DNA from: Pirellula sp.
Lineage (GTDB): Bacteria > Planctomycetota > Planctomycetia > Pirellulales > Pirellulaceae
Direction of reading: 5' to 3'
NCBI GenBank assembly: GCA_031427235.1
Contig: JANPNA010000231.1
Location: forward strand, 19,139 to 83,138
Length of the DNA: 64,000 bases
In this document: piece by piece, positions 18,388-28,982 of the stretch
Numbering within the stretch: position 1 is the stretch's first letter
Layout: every line of letters starts with the position of its first letter
Made by a program: the position numbers and the translations under genes
The notes under the pieces: model-generated
Told to the model about the DNA's origin: nothing
The model's database searches: none
Seen by the model: the letters and a program-made list of their open reading frames with translations, nothing else

Positions 18388-19581
18388 TTGTTGAAGACGG
18401 GTGATCTGTTGCATTGGTCGCAATGGCGAGGTGCCTCCGGTGACGGACATGCATCCGGTCTTCCCTCGAAATGGTTTCCTCCAAAGCGATTGTGGAGACA
18501 CGAATTGCCAGCTCAAGGCATCGGCGGCGTTGCCGCAACGGATGAGTTTGTGGCCGTCTCCTCGCGCGACACCAGCGACAAGTCGGACCTATTCGAAGTG
18601 CTAGATGCGGAATCCGGCGTCACTCTGTTCAAGCTTGCTTATCTCTCGGAATCGGAACTGGACTACGGCAATTCACCTCGAGTCACACCCTGTATTCTCG
18701 ATTCACGCGTTTATTTTTTGGGTGCTCAGGGACAGTTGCATTGCCTCGATTTGGAAACCGGAGAAGTACTTTGGAAGCGGCATCTCGTAGAAGATTTGGG
18801 TGGAAAACTGCCGCAATGGGGTTATTCGGTCTCTCCCATTTTGATGGACAACCAACTGATTGTGCAGCCGGGCGGCTTGGAGGCTGGATGGGCAGCACTT
18901 GACCCAAAGACGGGTAAAGTCCTCTGGAGAACCAAGGGACGACCTGCGGCTTACGCCTCTCCCATCGCCGTAGAATACCGAGGGCAAAAGCAGTTCATTG
19001 GCTATGATGCTGTTTCGCTCGGTGGTTGGTCTGCCACCGATGGCAAACGGCTTTGGGAAATGAAACCCGAAGTTCCAAAAGATTTCAACGTCCCGACCCC
19101 GGTTCTAGTTCAAAACAAAATCGTAGTCGTAACCGAAAACAACGGCACGCGAGTCTACTCGATGCTGCCCGCACACGGGGAGTTGGAAGTTGCGATCCAA
19201 CTTGAGGCCAGCTCAGAGTTATTGAGTGGCGACTCGCACTCGCCTGTCCGCGTTGGCAATTGGATCGTCGGAGTCGATCGCGATTTGGTGGTTCTCGATC
19301 CGTTGGATCAACTCATAGAGGTTGCTCGCTTTTCCGATGTGGCGTTGCAAAAGCATTGTTCGTTGATCGTAGAGGACAATCGCGTCTGGGTTTGCACCGG
19401 CAATGGAACGCAAATACTATTGCGCGTCGATTCGAACGGCATTGCGGAACTCGGACGATTCCAGCCATTAGAAGGAACGGGGGAAATCTTTTCGCATCCG
19501 GCGATATGCCATGGAGTGCTCTATCTGCGAGGCCCATCGTGGCTGGATGCGTATTCCATTGGCGGCGAGAATGATCGATAA
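18388..19581 (+). CDS. PQQ-binding-like beta-propeller repeat protein (no own signal peptide; possible frameshift fusion with the upstream gene)
   Basis: WSQWRG, PRVTP, LHCLDLETGEVLWK, WGYSVSP, AYASP. The frame is open back to 18325. Confidence 0.88.
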   Translation: MLKTGDLLHWSQWRGASGDGHASGLPSKWFPPKRLWRHELPAQGIGGVAATDEFVAVSSRDTSDKSDLFEVLDAESGVTLFKLAYLSESELDYGNSPRVTPCILDSRVYFLGAQGQLHCLDLETGEVLWKRHLVEDLGGKLPQWGYSVSPILMDNQLIVQPGGLEAGWAALDPKTGKVLWRTKGRPAAYASPIAVEYRGQKQFIGYDAVSLGGWSATDGKRLWEMKPEVPKDFNVPTPVLVQNKIVVVTENNGTRVYSMLPAHGELEVAIQLEASSELLSGDSHSPVRVGNWIVGVDRDLVVLDPLDQLIEVARFSDVALQKHCSLIVEDNRVWVCTGNGTQILLRVDSNGIAELGRFQPLEGTGEIFSHPAICHGVLYLRGPSWLDAYSIGGENDR

Positions 19582-19659
19582 GAAGGGGGACACCATCAGG
19601 CTCAACCCTTAAGAGTAAACGACGTAAGAGTAAACAACGAACGAAAAAAGGAGAGATTC

Positions 19660-20439
19660 ATGTTTGGTCGCAAAGGAGTGAAGCGAGTGGTCGCGATCGA
19701 CACCGAAGAAACGGAGGTCGTGGAGAGCGAAGGCTTCTCCTTGGAGGAACTTGGCTCCGCGTACGCCATGGCAATCGAACAAGCGTCGAGCGACGTCGTT
19801 TCCATAAACGAATTCGCCTTGAGCTCAGAGAACGATTCAACGACCAACGTGCCTGCCCAGTCCATGCAGGAGGAGATGCTCGAAGCCCCCGATGCCATCG
19901 AGTCGGACGGCGTGCCAGTCACGCCTGAGACCATTCTAGAAGCGATGCTGTTTTTGGGCACAAGCAACAATCGACCAATCGCGATTGAAAAACTGCTTGA
20001 GCTTTTTCGCGGAATCACCGTTACCGAACTCGACGAAGCGGTCGACTCGTTGAACGCATTGTACCGCGAACACGATCGGGTCATGTGGATCGTGCGCGAA
20101 TCGGGGGGCTACAGTCTGCAGTTGATACCGGAACTGCATTTGGTTCGAGATCGGTTTTACGGCAAGATCAAGGAGACGCAGCTTACCCAATCCGCGATCG
20201 ACTGCTTATCTCTGGTTGCATACCAACCCGGTGCAACCAGAGAGCAACTCGATAAACAATGGAACCAGCCGGCTGCAGGCATGCTCAATACGCTGGTCCG
20301 AAAAGGACTTCTCAAAATCGAAAAACGTCCCTCCCAAGACGGTCCGGGCGAACAATCCCACTATTACACGACAGATCGATTTCTAGAAATCATTGGCCTG
20401 GAATCGCTCGAGGATCTGCCGTTGTCGGAAGATATTTGA
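19660..20439 (+). CDS. scpB: SMC-Scp complex subunit ScpB
   Basis: ILEAMLF, GGYSLQL, LTQSAIDCLSLVAYQPG, YYTTDRFLEIIGLESLEDLP. Confidence 0.9.
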   Translation: MFGRKGVKRVVAIDTEETEVVESEGFSLEELGSAYAMAIEQASSDVVSINEFALSSENDSTTNVPAQSMQEEMLEAPDAIESDGVPVTPETILEAMLFLGTSNNRPIAIEKLLELFRGITVTELDEAVDSLNALYREHDRVMWIVRESGGYSLQLIPELHLVRDRFYGKIKETQLTQSAIDCLSLVAYQPGATREQLDKQWNQPAAGMLNTLVRKGLLKIEKRPSQDGPGEQSHYYTTDRFLEIIGLESLEDLPLSEDI

Positions 20440-20496
20440 TTGGCGCAAACGGCCCGGAGTGCACGGAGTACCATTCCACACCTGCACAGGCTATAT

Positions 20497-20586
20497 TAGA
20501 GCAGATGGTCAAAACCCTCGGCATAAAGCCGACGGCATGCAAATGCCCCCGAGTTGAACTCGGAGGATATTTACCATCCCTCTAGA
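20497..20586. repeat. Repeat family B (GGTCAAAACCCTCGGCATAAAGCCGACGGCATG..ATGCCCCCGAGTT.ACTCGGGGGATGTTTACC..CTCTAGA)
   Basis: Two hairpins per unit; copies at 35150-35285 and 55350-55515. Confidence 0.88.
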
Positions 20587-20636
20587 ATAGTTTGCGATTC
20601 GCACCTTCGTTTTCCTCTCTCAAGAATGGACCCTCC

Positions 20637-21665
20637 ATGCGTATTCGATTTGCAATCCTCGCAGCCTTCCTTTTTTTCGCTCAAGCACTAGGTAACAGTT
20701 TGACAACCCAAGCACAAACAGCCAAGCGAACGCTCGGCACGATCGAACGGTTTGACAACCAATTGGATAGCCTATTAGCTACGGGTGCGAAGCTTGAAAT
20801 TTTGGCCGATGGTTTTACTTGGACGGAGGGGCCCGTTTGGATGGGGGACGCGGCAACCGGCCACCTGCTATTCTCGGACATCCCTCGCAATACAACTTTC
20901 AAGTGGACGGCCAAGGATGGGATTCAGCTCTTCATGAATCCCTCAGGATACACAGGTGTCACGTACTATGGATTGGAACCAGGCAGCAATGGTCTGCTCA
21001 AGGACCTAGATGGCAACCTGGTATCGTGCGAACATGGCGATCGTCGCGTTAGCGTCCTCACTCCAGGAGGTGGCAAACGCACCTTGGCCGATAGCTATCA
21101 AGGCAAGCGACTGAACAGCCCTAATGACGGTGTTCTCAAGAGCAACGGCGACATCTACTTTACCGATCCGCCGTATGGTCTACCGATGCGAGAAAACGAC
21201 CCTCGACGTGAGTTGGAACATTTCGGCGTTTACCGAATCGCAAAAAAGGATGGATCGCTAACCTTGCTCACCACGGAACTGCAACGTCCCAACGGAATCG
21301 GTTTTTCGCCAGACGAAAAGACCCTCTATGTAGCCCAAAGCGATCCGAAAAAAGCCATTTGGATGAGCTTTGAAGTTGCCACGGATGGAACGATTGGCAA
21401 GGGGAAATTGTTTTACGACGCGACCGCTGAAGTTGGAAAGATGCCAGGTTTGCCCGATGGCTTGTCCGTGGACAAGCAAGGAAACCTCTGGGCAAGTGGA
21501 CCGGGAGGCATTTGGATTTTCAACAAAGATGGCAAGCTTTTGGGGCGCATCAACACGGGTGAGCGGACCAGCAATTGCGGTTTTGGCGAAGACGGCAGCA
21601 CGCTTTTTGTTACGGCTGACAGCTACCTTTGCAAAATCCAAACCAAAGTAAAAGGACTGCCATAG
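20637..21665 (+). CDS. SMP-30/gluconolactonase family protein, secreted
   Basis: WTEGPVW, FSDIP, GSNGL, RLNSPND, YFTDPPYG, PNGIGFSPD, PDGL. Confidence 0.95.
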   Translation: MRIRFAILAAFLFFAQALGNSLTTQAQTAKRTLGTIERFDNQLDSLLATGAKLEILADGFTWTEGPVWMGDAATGHLLFSDIPRNTTFKWTAKDGIQLFMNPSGYTGVTYYGLEPGSNGLLKDLDGNLVSCEHGDRRVSVLTPGGGKRTLADSYQGKRLNSPNDGVLKSNGDIYFTDPPYGLPMRENDPRRELEHFGVYRIAKKDGSLTLLTTELQRPNGIGFSPDEKTLYVAQSDPKKAIWMSFEVATDGTIGKGKLFYDATAEVGKMPGLPDGLSVDKQGNLWASGPGGIWIFNKDGKLLGRINTGERTSNCGFGEDGSTLFVTADSYLCKIQTKVKGLP

Positions 21666-21709
21666 CAAAGCGAGCTACTCCCTTTGGCGTGCCACACATT
21701 GCTTTCGCA

Positions 21710-21810
21710 TCTGAGCGAGGCCCTCGCTCAGGTATTGATAGTCTCTGACGAGAACTTCGTTGCAAGAACCACACGAGCGAAGGGCCTCGCTCGTCCACAG
21801 CGGTTGAAAT
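21710..21810. repeat. Two short palindromes (TGAGCGAGGCCCTCGCTCA; ACGAGCGAAGGGCCTCGCTCGT)
   Basis: Perfect stems, similar to 7420-7457. Confidence 0.55.
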
Positions 21811-22018
21811 GTGGTTGCTTCGTACAATGGTTGCGAACCCTACGATTGGGGTATCGTTTACCCGCATATACGCTAAAGCTTCTCAATGAAAAAAACAATT
21901 TGCTTGCGGTCGGCTAGTTTCGCGTTGTAGGATTAGGCATATTGAGGCGATGCGGTTCGGTGCCTACGGTAACTCTTTCCTTTTCCTGACTTTTCCGATC
22001 CACTAGGAGTTCATTATC

Positions 22019-22324
22019 GTGATTCACTATTCGTGTGACAGATGCAAGCGCGACATTGATGGTTCAACAGACCTTCGGTACACAGTAACCATCGAAATCG
22101 AAGCGGCTCTGGACGGACCCGATCACGAGTTGGTGGATGATCCAGACCACCTGGACGATATCCAGGACATGCTGGATTCCGCAGACGACCTATGCAGCTC
22201 GGTTTTCGACGACGAAGTCTATCAGAGGAAGCAGTTTGACCTTTGCAAAGACTGCTTCCGACAATACATCAAAAACCCATTGTCCAGAGAGACAACCACC
22301 CCCATGGGCTTCAGCAAGAATTAG
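22019..22324 (+). CDS. Small acidic Zn-ribbon-like protein (CxxC...CxxC)
   Basis: HYSCDRC and FDLCKDC, with an AGGAG RBS upstream of the GTG. Confidence 0.8.
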   Translation: MIHYSCDRCKRDIDGSTDLRYTVTIEIEAALDGPDHELVDDPDHLDDIQDMLDSADDLCSSVFDDEVYQRKQFDLCKDCFRQYIKNPLSRETTTPMGFSKN

Positions 22325-23508
22325 CAGTTGTCGAGCAATTCGACCGCCGCAAATTTCTCACCTTCTAGCATCGAGAGGCTCGCTCCACCGCCGGTGCTAA
22401 CATGAGTAACGGAGTCAGCGAATCCAAGTTGCTCTATTGCTGCGGCACTATCTCCACCGCCGATGATACTAATCCCGTCGCACTTCGCGATGGCCTCAGC
22501 CACCGCAATGGTTCCATGGTCAAACGGTGGCATCTCAAAAACACCCATCGGTCCATTCCACACAATCGTCTTTGCTTTTTCGACGATGGCTGCAAACTTC
22601 TTCGCCGTTTCAGGACCGATATCCAGTCCCTCCCAGCCGTCCGGAATCTTGCCTGCAGGTACCACTTGCTTATTGCAACTTCCTTTGAAATCATCACCGC
22701 AATGCGTGTCCACCGGCAGCACCAACTTATTGCCTCCCATCGCAATCAGCTTTTTAGCAAGTTCGACTTTGTCTTTTTCGACCAAGCTCTTTCCGGTCGA
22801 TCCACCTTGCGCGAGAGAGAACGTATAAGCCATCGCTCCACCGATCAATACTTGGTCGCAAATGCCGAGGAGGTTTTGAATGACATTGATCTTATCGCTT
22901 ACTTTGGCTCCGCCGAGGATCGCAACGAAGGGGCGTTCTGGATTGGCAATCGTATCACTTAGATATTGAATCTCCTTGGCAACCAAGAAGCCAACGACTT
23001 TAGGCTTGTTCCCCATGGCCGTCGGGACAGCGACCATAGACGCTTCTAAACGATGGCAGGTGCCAAAGGCATCGTTGCAATAGATGTCGGCCCAGCCCGC
23101 AAGCTTGTTGGAATACACCGGCTCACCCTCTTTTTCCCCTGGATTGAATCGCACGTTTTCCAAAACGAGCACTCCACCGTTTTGAATCGCTTTGATCTTG
23201 GACTCTGCGTCCGGCCCCACAGTATCGGACGCAAACTCAACTGGGGTACCCAGTAGTTCCGACAATCGTTCGGCGGTGGGACGAAGCGTAAATTCCGATT
23301 CAGGCCCTTTGCCCTTGGGTCGACCGAGGTGGCTCATCAACACCAATTTGCCGCCTCGTTTGATCACGGACTCAATGGAGGGCAAAGCCATGCGAATACG
23401 GCGGTCGTCGGTAATCGCGCCCGAGTCATCTTGCGGAACATTGAAATCAACTCGCATCAGGACGACTTTGCCCAGACATTCCACATCCGCAATACTCTTC
23501 TTTGCCAT
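22321..23508 (-). CDS. pgk: Phosphoglycerate kinase
   Basis: [45 protein letters not shown]. Confidence 0.99.
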   Translation of the reverse strand: MAKKSIADVECLGKVVLMRVDFNVPQDDSGAITDDRRIRMALPSIESVIKRGGKLVLMSHLGRPKGKGPESEFTLRPTAERLSELLGTPVEFASDTVGPDAESKIKAIQNGGVLVLENVRFNPGEKEGEPVYSNKLAGWADIYCNDAFGTCHRLEASMVAVPTAMGNKPKVVGFLVAKEIQYLSDTIANPERPFVAILGGAKVSDKINVIQNLLGICDQVLIGGAMAYTFSLAQGGSTGKSLVEKDKVELAKKLIAMGGNKLVLPVDTHCGDDFKGSCNKQVVPAGKIPDGWEGLDIGPETAKKFAAIVEKAKTIVWNGPMGVFEMPPFDHGTIAVAEAIAKCDGISIIGGGDSAAAIEQLGFADSVTHVSTGGGASLSMLEGEKFAAVELLDNC

Positions 23509-23946
23509 TTCGCTTTTGCCTATTCCAATGGGTGGGAAATCGCGGCCTCGGAATTTGCCCGCGGCTGCATCTAAGACGCTTTTTTAACGGAAAAGCGGGT
23601 TCTGCGTAGCGCCAAATGGACTTAGGCCAGCCGGCCGCTCGTCGAACAACGAATTCCCGAAAAGTGAAATGCTAATCGGACCCAATTGATTAGTTGGGAA
23701 CAGGAGGGTATAGTGAAGGGCAGGTTGCGAGAAAACGACCCCTTAGCTGGTGTTTTCGGGATGGAACGGTTCCGATCGGCACAGCTAGGCCCACCGATGC
23801 GTCATGTTGGCTTTTGTGCAAAATACTCTTCTTCTCCTAAACGCGAGTTGCCTCAATCTCGCGGGGCCAACGTGAAGCATTATCACTTCCTCGGTACAAA
23901 AATTTACGCGGCGATTTCAACTTAATATTTCACGGAGCATTCTTCT

Positions 23947-25290
23947 ATGACCCCAGCGGAAAACCAACAGAATCCATTGCCTGCCGAGACTCGGCGCGAC
24001 TTCATCAAGACCTCTTCCGCTGTCCTGGCTGGCGGAGCGTTGGTCGGAAGTCTGCCCATCGCTCGTGCCGCACACTCATTCGATAGCGGCGAAATCAAAA
24101 TTGGCCTGGTTGGCTGCGGCGGTCGTGGGACCGGAGCTGCAACTCAAGCCTTGGATACATACAACCCTGGGAATCGCCTCAAATTAACGGCTGTCGCCGA
24201 TCCCTTCCAGTTTCGAATCGATGAAGCCCTAAAGCAAATTCGCCGTACGCATGCCGAACGCGTCGATGTGACAGACCGAACGTTCGTTGGAGTCGATGCC
24301 TTCAAGCGATTGATTGAATCGGATATCGACATGGTGATACTTACCTCCCCACCCGGCTTTCGCCCCTTGCACTTCGAAACGGCCGTCAAAGCTGGCAAGC
24401 ACGTTTTTATGGAAAAGCCAGTGGCCACCGATGCACCTGGCGTTCGACGAGTTTTGGCAGCAAATAAGCTGGCCAAGGAAAAGAAGTTGGTCGTGGCCGT
24501 CGGCTTGCAACGACATCATGAGTCCGGCTATAAGGCGACGATCGCCAAGCTAAAAGAAGGTGCTATTGGTGACATCAACTTCGCCAGATGCTATTGGAAT
24601 GGGGATGGCGTTTGGACCCGTCCGAGAAAGCCGGAACAAAGCGAGCTGGAGTACCAAATGAACAATTGGTACTACTTCAATTGGTTGAGCGGCGACCACA
24701 TTTGCGAACAGCATATTCACAACCTCGACGTGATCAATTGGCTGATGGATGGCCCACCCGAATCAGCCCAGGGCCAAGGTGGCCGCCAAGTCCGTACCGG
24801 ACCTGACAGCGGACAGATCTTTGATCACCACATGATCGAATATACCTACAAGAACGGTGTTAAGCTCCTTAGCCAATGCCGCCACATTCCAGGTTGCTGG
24901 TCGTCCGTCAGCGAGTATGCTCACGGCAGCCAAGGCTGGTGTGACATCGGTGCGGGCAAAATCTACGACCGCAACGACAAGCAGATTTGGAGTGCTCCGA
25001 AAAACGAAAATGGCCATGCCCAAGAGCATGTCGATCTGTTTGCGGATATTCGCAACGGAGTCATTCCCAATGAAGGGGACAATGGAGCTTACAGCACCAT
25101 GACCTCCATTATGGGCCGTATGGCAACCTACACGGGTAAGGTGGTCAAATGGGACCAATGTCTCAATAGCAAGGTCTCGCTGGCAAATACGGACGCAATG
25201 AGTTCTTTCGCCAATGAGGCGCCAATCCAACCCGAAGGGGGCAAATATTGGGTCCCAACCCCAGGAATTGACCCTGAACTAGTGATTTAG
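23947..25290 (+). CDS. Gfo/Idh/MocA oxidoreductase with Tat signal
   Basis: TRRDFIK; GLVGCGGRG; HVFMEKP; EQHIHNLD. Confidence 0.95.
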   Translation: MTPAENQQNPLPAETRRDFIKTSSAVLAGGALVGSLPIARAAHSFDSGEIKIGLVGCGGRGTGAATQALDTYNPGNRLKLTAVADPFQFRIDEALKQIRRTHAERVDVTDRTFVGVDAFKRLIESDIDMVILTSPPGFRPLHFETAVKAGKHVFMEKPVATDAPGVRRVLAANKLAKEKKLVVAVGLQRHHESGYKATIAKLKEGAIGDINFARCYWNGDGVWTRPRKPEQSELEYQMNNWYYFNWLSGDHICEQHIHNLDVINWLMDGPPESAQGQGGRQVRTGPDSGQIFDHHMIEYTYKNGVKLLSQCRHIPGCWSSVSEYAHGSQGWCDIGAGKIYDRNDKQIWSAPKNENGHAQEHVDLFADIRNGVIPNEGDNGAYSTMTSIMGRMATYTGKVVKWDQCLNSKVSLANTDAMSSFANEAPIQPEGGKYWVPTPGIDPELVI

Positions 25291-25340
25291 TGCACTGTCC
25301 AGATTGGAAATCGGGGTAGGTATCTTGCCTGCCGTCGAAT

Positions 25341-25439
25341 CGACCTTAGAAAATCGCAAGCTTGAAGTCGACCTTAGAAAATCGCAAGCTGGAAGCTTAC
25401 GCCACCTTAGGAAATCGCAAGCTGGAAGCTTACGCCACT
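25341..25439. repeat. Repeat family C, tandem (ATCGCAAGCTGGAAGCTTACGCCAC) x~3
   Basis: Tandem copies here; further copies at 26506, 44436 and 58801-58862. Confidence 0.9.
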
Positions 25440-25575
25440 AACTCCGTCGCCTGCGGCTCGGGGTTTAACGAATGGAAGCACTTTCGGCCCGTTTGGCAGC
25501 CTCTCTATCGCCACGATGGCGAACTGCCAAACGGGCCGTTTTTTTGGTGCGTCCGTGAGGTACAATACACCTACG

Positions 25576-26445
25576 ATGAATACTGCACCCGAATCTACGA
25601 ACCCTCCGGCCAAAATCACTCCCTCTCAAGTAGGTTCGAAGCTCCTTTCCAGGTTCGTTGATATTGACGCGTTGTTTTCAAGACCTAATAACGCGCCCAC
25701 GTCATCCAAGCAGATCTCCATTCCACTCGAACGGTTTCAGCATCTCGAGCAGGAAATTCGAAACGCTCCTGCCAATAGCCAGCCCTACATCGAACTCGGC
25801 CAGATCTACCTCAATCAGGAACGTTGGAGCGATGCGAAACGGGTGCTCGAGAACGGTGTCGAGCTGTGCCCAGAATCGGAACCGCTTGTCCTCATGCGCG
25901 AGGAATTGTTGCTTCATCAAGCCAATCAATTGCTACAACAAGCCAAAACAGCACTGGCGCAAGAACTGTCCGAAGAAAATAAGTACGCTCTTGAGCAAGC
26001 CGAGGTCAACTATGCCAATGAACGCATCCGCGTTTGCCGAGATCGATTTGCTCGGCATCCTGAGCAAAAGGAAATCCTGATCAATTGGGCCATTGGATTG
26101 AGACAGTTGGGACGATTCGATGAAGCCATTGAATTGCTCGTCAAAGCAGCCGACGAACCCGATTTGCGAGCTCGAGCAAGCCTCCAATTGGGAATGTGTT
26201 ATCAAACGCTAAATCGACCCTTGGATGCTCTTTCTGCCTTTCGCAAAGCTTCACTCTTTCGTGCCCCTCCGCCAGAACCGAAAATTCGGCAGCGTGCGCT
26301 CGAACTAGCACTGGACCTGGCCGAAGAACTCGCATTGATCGATTCGGCTCGGTTTTATGCTGAGCAGTTGTTGATCGACTTCGATCGGGCAAAACAAGCT
26401 CAAGTAAAAGAAAGACTTCGCCAGCTAGAATCGCGGGACCTCTGA
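25576..26445 (+). CDS. Tetratricopeptide repeat protein
   Basis: TPR patterns 'PYIELGQIYL', 'ASLQLGMCY..L..P.DAL.AF'. Confidence 0.85.
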   Translation: MNTAPESTNPPAKITPSQVGSKLLSRFVDIDALFSRPNNAPTSSKQISIPLERFQHLEQEIRNAPANSQPYIELGQIYLNQERWSDAKRVLENGVELCPESEPLVLMREELLLHQANQLLQQAKTALAQELSEENKYALEQAEVNYANERIRVCRDRFARHPEQKEILINWAIGLRQLGRFDEAIELLVKAADEPDLRARASLQLGMCYQTLNRPLDALSAFRKASLFRAPPPEPKIRQRALELALDLAEELALIDSARFYAEQLLIDFDRAKQAQVKERLRQLESRDL

Positions 26446-26601
26446 ACTATTCCCCTTTCGCATATGATGCTTTACCTCCATAATCTTCTCAAGCGGTTGG
26501 CAAATGTGCCGTAAGCTTCCAGCTTGCGGACTGACAACGTACCAGCCGATCTTGCAAGTAGATTCGTATGAAGTTTGATTTCGAACGAGGGTAATTTTGG
26601 C

Positions 26602-27729
26602 ATGATACGTCAGCTCAATCAACGGACAATCCGATGCGCGATCCTTTGCGTTGTCGCGATCTCCTCCACTTGTCTTATAGTAAATTCCGACACCGCCCGA
26701 GCGGAAACCAGCGCGGAATCCATCAAGCTGTTGCGATCGCTGAAATCTGGTGATGAAAGCACCCTGGCAGCCGCCAAAGCGATCAAGCAACTTAGCCAAG
26801 CCAACGACATCACCTTGATCCAATCCCTGGCGGCCATGAAAGGTGCAACACCCGTTGGTCACAATTGGCTCTCAGGACTGGCAAATTCGCTTTATCGAAA
26901 GACAGGCAAGTCGCAAACCAAAGAGCTAAGCGAATTCTTGTTCGATCCGAATCAAGATGGCGAAGCCCGCTATATCGTCTTTGAATGGTTGACGGCCAAC
27001 AACGATGCGCTTCGCACCAAGTTGCTTGCAAATATGATCGAAGACTCGAGCCCCGAGTTGCGTTTCTTGGCCATCGAGGAAGCCATCAAAGACAAACTGG
27101 AAACCAAGAAATTATCGTCTTTTCTAGAGGCTGCTAGGCATCCAAGTCAAGTTGTCAGCATCATCGAGAAACTCAAAGTGCTGGGTGAAACCGTGGACCA
27201 ATCGAGACAATTTGGGTTCTTGCCCAATTGGCGCTTGATCGGTCCCTTCGATCACGTGGGCAACCTGAATTTTAACAAAGTGTTTCCGGTGGAATCCGAT
27301 TGGATGGCAGGAGTGCTCAAGGATGAGTACCAAGGCAAAACCGAAACCGTCCAATGGAAAGAAGAAGTCACCAAAGCCCCAGATGGAGCTGTCGATCTCG
27401 CAGCCATCTATGCCAAAGAAAAAGGCTGTATCATTTATGCGACCACCGAATTCGAATCGGAGAAGGACCAGGACGCCGAAGTGCGACTAGGCTGCATCAA
27501 CGGCAACAAAATCTGGGTGAATGGTAAGCTCGTCATGTCCAACGAAGTCTATCACACTGGGACGCAAATCGATCAATATTCAGAACCTATTCGACTCAAG
27601 GCTGGCAAGAACCAAGTCTTGCTCAAGCTTTGTCAAAACGAACAAACAGATGACTGGGCTCAGGTATTTCAGTTTCAATTGAGAATCTGCGACTCCACCG
27701 GCAAAGCCATTTTGACAAAAGGACGATAA
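26602..27729 (+). CDS. Secreted HEAT-repeat plus galactose-binding-like domain protein
   Basis: Signal peptide; helical N-half; WRLIGPFD, KIWVNGK, LKAGKNQVLLK. Confidence 0.8.
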   Translation: MIRQLNQRTIRCAILCVVAISSTCLIVNSDTARAETSAESIKLLRSLKSGDESTLAAAKAIKQLSQANDITLIQSLAAMKGATPVGHNWLSGLANSLYRKTGKSQTKELSEFLFDPNQDGEARYIVFEWLTANNDALRTKLLANMIEDSSPELRFLAIEEAIKDKLETKKLSSFLEAARHPSQVVSIIEKLKVLGETVDQSRQFGFLPNWRLIGPFDHVGNLNFNKVFPVESDWMAGVLKDEYQGKTETVQWKEEVTKAPDGAVDLAAIYAKEKGCIIYATTEFESEKDQDAEVRLGCINGNKIWVNGKLVMSNEVYHTGTQIDQYSEPIRLKAGKNQVLLKLCQNEQTDDWAQVFQFQLRICDSTGKAILTKGR

Positions 27730-27731
27730 CC

Positions 27732-28979
27732 ATGAAATTCAACAACCATAGCATTTTTAAAACAAGCCTCATGGCAGTCGGTCTAACCGCCGCAACATTC
27801 TCGCATGCCTCAATGGCACACGCGGATTGGCCCATGTTTCGCGGACCGAATGCAGGCAGCGTCGCGATCGATGCCAAATTGCCAACGCAATTTGGGGGTG
27901 AAAACAAAGAAAACATAGCCTGGCGCACCGAACTGCCTGGCCGTAGCGTTGGCGGCGTTATTGTCGTTGGCGATTCAGCCATCACTACCAGCAGTAGCGG
28001 AATGGACCAACGACGTCTGCATTTAATCAACGTCAATACCAAGGATGGCTCCATCCGCTGGCAACAAGAGTTCGTTGCTCGTGGCCGTCCGTTTTGTCAT
28101 CCAACCAGCGCCAATGCGGCACCAACCCCCGCATCCGACGGCAAGCATATCTTTGCGTTCTATAGCTCCAACGATCTGGCTTGCGTCGATCTGGAAGGAA
28201 ATTTGGTTTGGTACCGATCGCTTTCAATCGATTTCCCAAAAGCTGGCAACGATGTGGGCATGAGCAGCTCACCCGTGGTGGTCGAGGGTGTGTGCGTCGT
28301 CCAGATCGAATGTCAAGGGGATTCGTTTGCTGCAGGACTGAGCGCTGAAGAAGGAAAGATCCTTTGGAAATTGGATCGACCCAGACAAGCGAACTGGTCT
28401 TCCCCCACCGTCGTCACGATGCTCAATGGAGATCAGGTCGTTGTGATGCAATCGAGCGAAGACCTGCTGGCTGTTTCACCCAAGACCGGCAAGATCCTCT
28501 GGGAAATGAAACTGCGATGCTCCACCATTCCATCTTCGTTTGCTGCCGAAGGACGTCTCTTCGTTCCCGCAGGCGGATTGACGGCGTTTGACCTGTCTAG
28601 CGTGGGAGATAGCCCGAGCAAGCTGTGGGACAACAATAAACTCAGCTCAAATGCATCCTCTCCGCTGGTCGTTGGGAAATCTATCTACACGATCGGTAAA
28701 TTGGTCCTGTCGAGTGGTGATCTATTCTCCGGCGAATTCAAATGGCAGACTCGTTTGCCGGATGCCAATCGCATTTGGTCGTCGCCGGTGGTGGCCGGAA
28801 ACAACTTATATGTTTTCGGCGACGATGGTCGGTGCTTTGTAGTCGAGCTGGGCGACACAGCGGGCAAACTCGTGGCGACGAACGAATTGGGCGAAGCGGT
28901 CCTCGGATCGCCTGCGATTTCCGGAAACGCAATGTACGTGCGTAGCGTCTCAAGCCTTTGGAAGATCGCTGAAAAGTAA
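27732..28979 (+). CDS. PQQ-binding-like beta-propeller repeat protein
   Basis: Signal peptide then ADWPMFRG; AAPTPASDG; SSSPVV; WSSP repeats. Confidence 0.93.
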   Translation: MKFNNHSIFKTSLMAVGLTAATFSHASMAHADWPMFRGPNAGSVAIDAKLPTQFGGENKENIAWRTELPGRSVGGVIVVGDSAITTSSSGMDQRRLHLINVNTKDGSIRWQQEFVARGRPFCHPTSANAAPTPASDGKHIFAFYSSNDLACVDLEGNLVWYRSLSIDFPKAGNDVGMSSSPVVVEGVCVVQIECQGDSFAAGLSAEEGKILWKLDRPRQANWSSPTVVTMLNGDQVVVMQSSEDLLAVSPKTGKILWEMKLRCSTIPSSFAAEGRLFVPAGGLTAFDLSSVGDSPSKLWDNNKLSSNASSPLVVGKSIYTIGKLVLSSGDLFSGEFKWQTRLPDANRIWSSPVVAGNNLYVFGDDGRCFVVELGDTAGKLVATNELGEAVLGSPAISGNAMYVRSVSSLWKIAEK

Positions 28980-28982
28980 GAA

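Noticed and set aside
25341-25439. Possible CRISPR mini-array
   Set aside because: The intervening sequence is ~10 bp and nearly identical rather than unique spacers, there are no cas genes, and the motif is dispersed like a REP.
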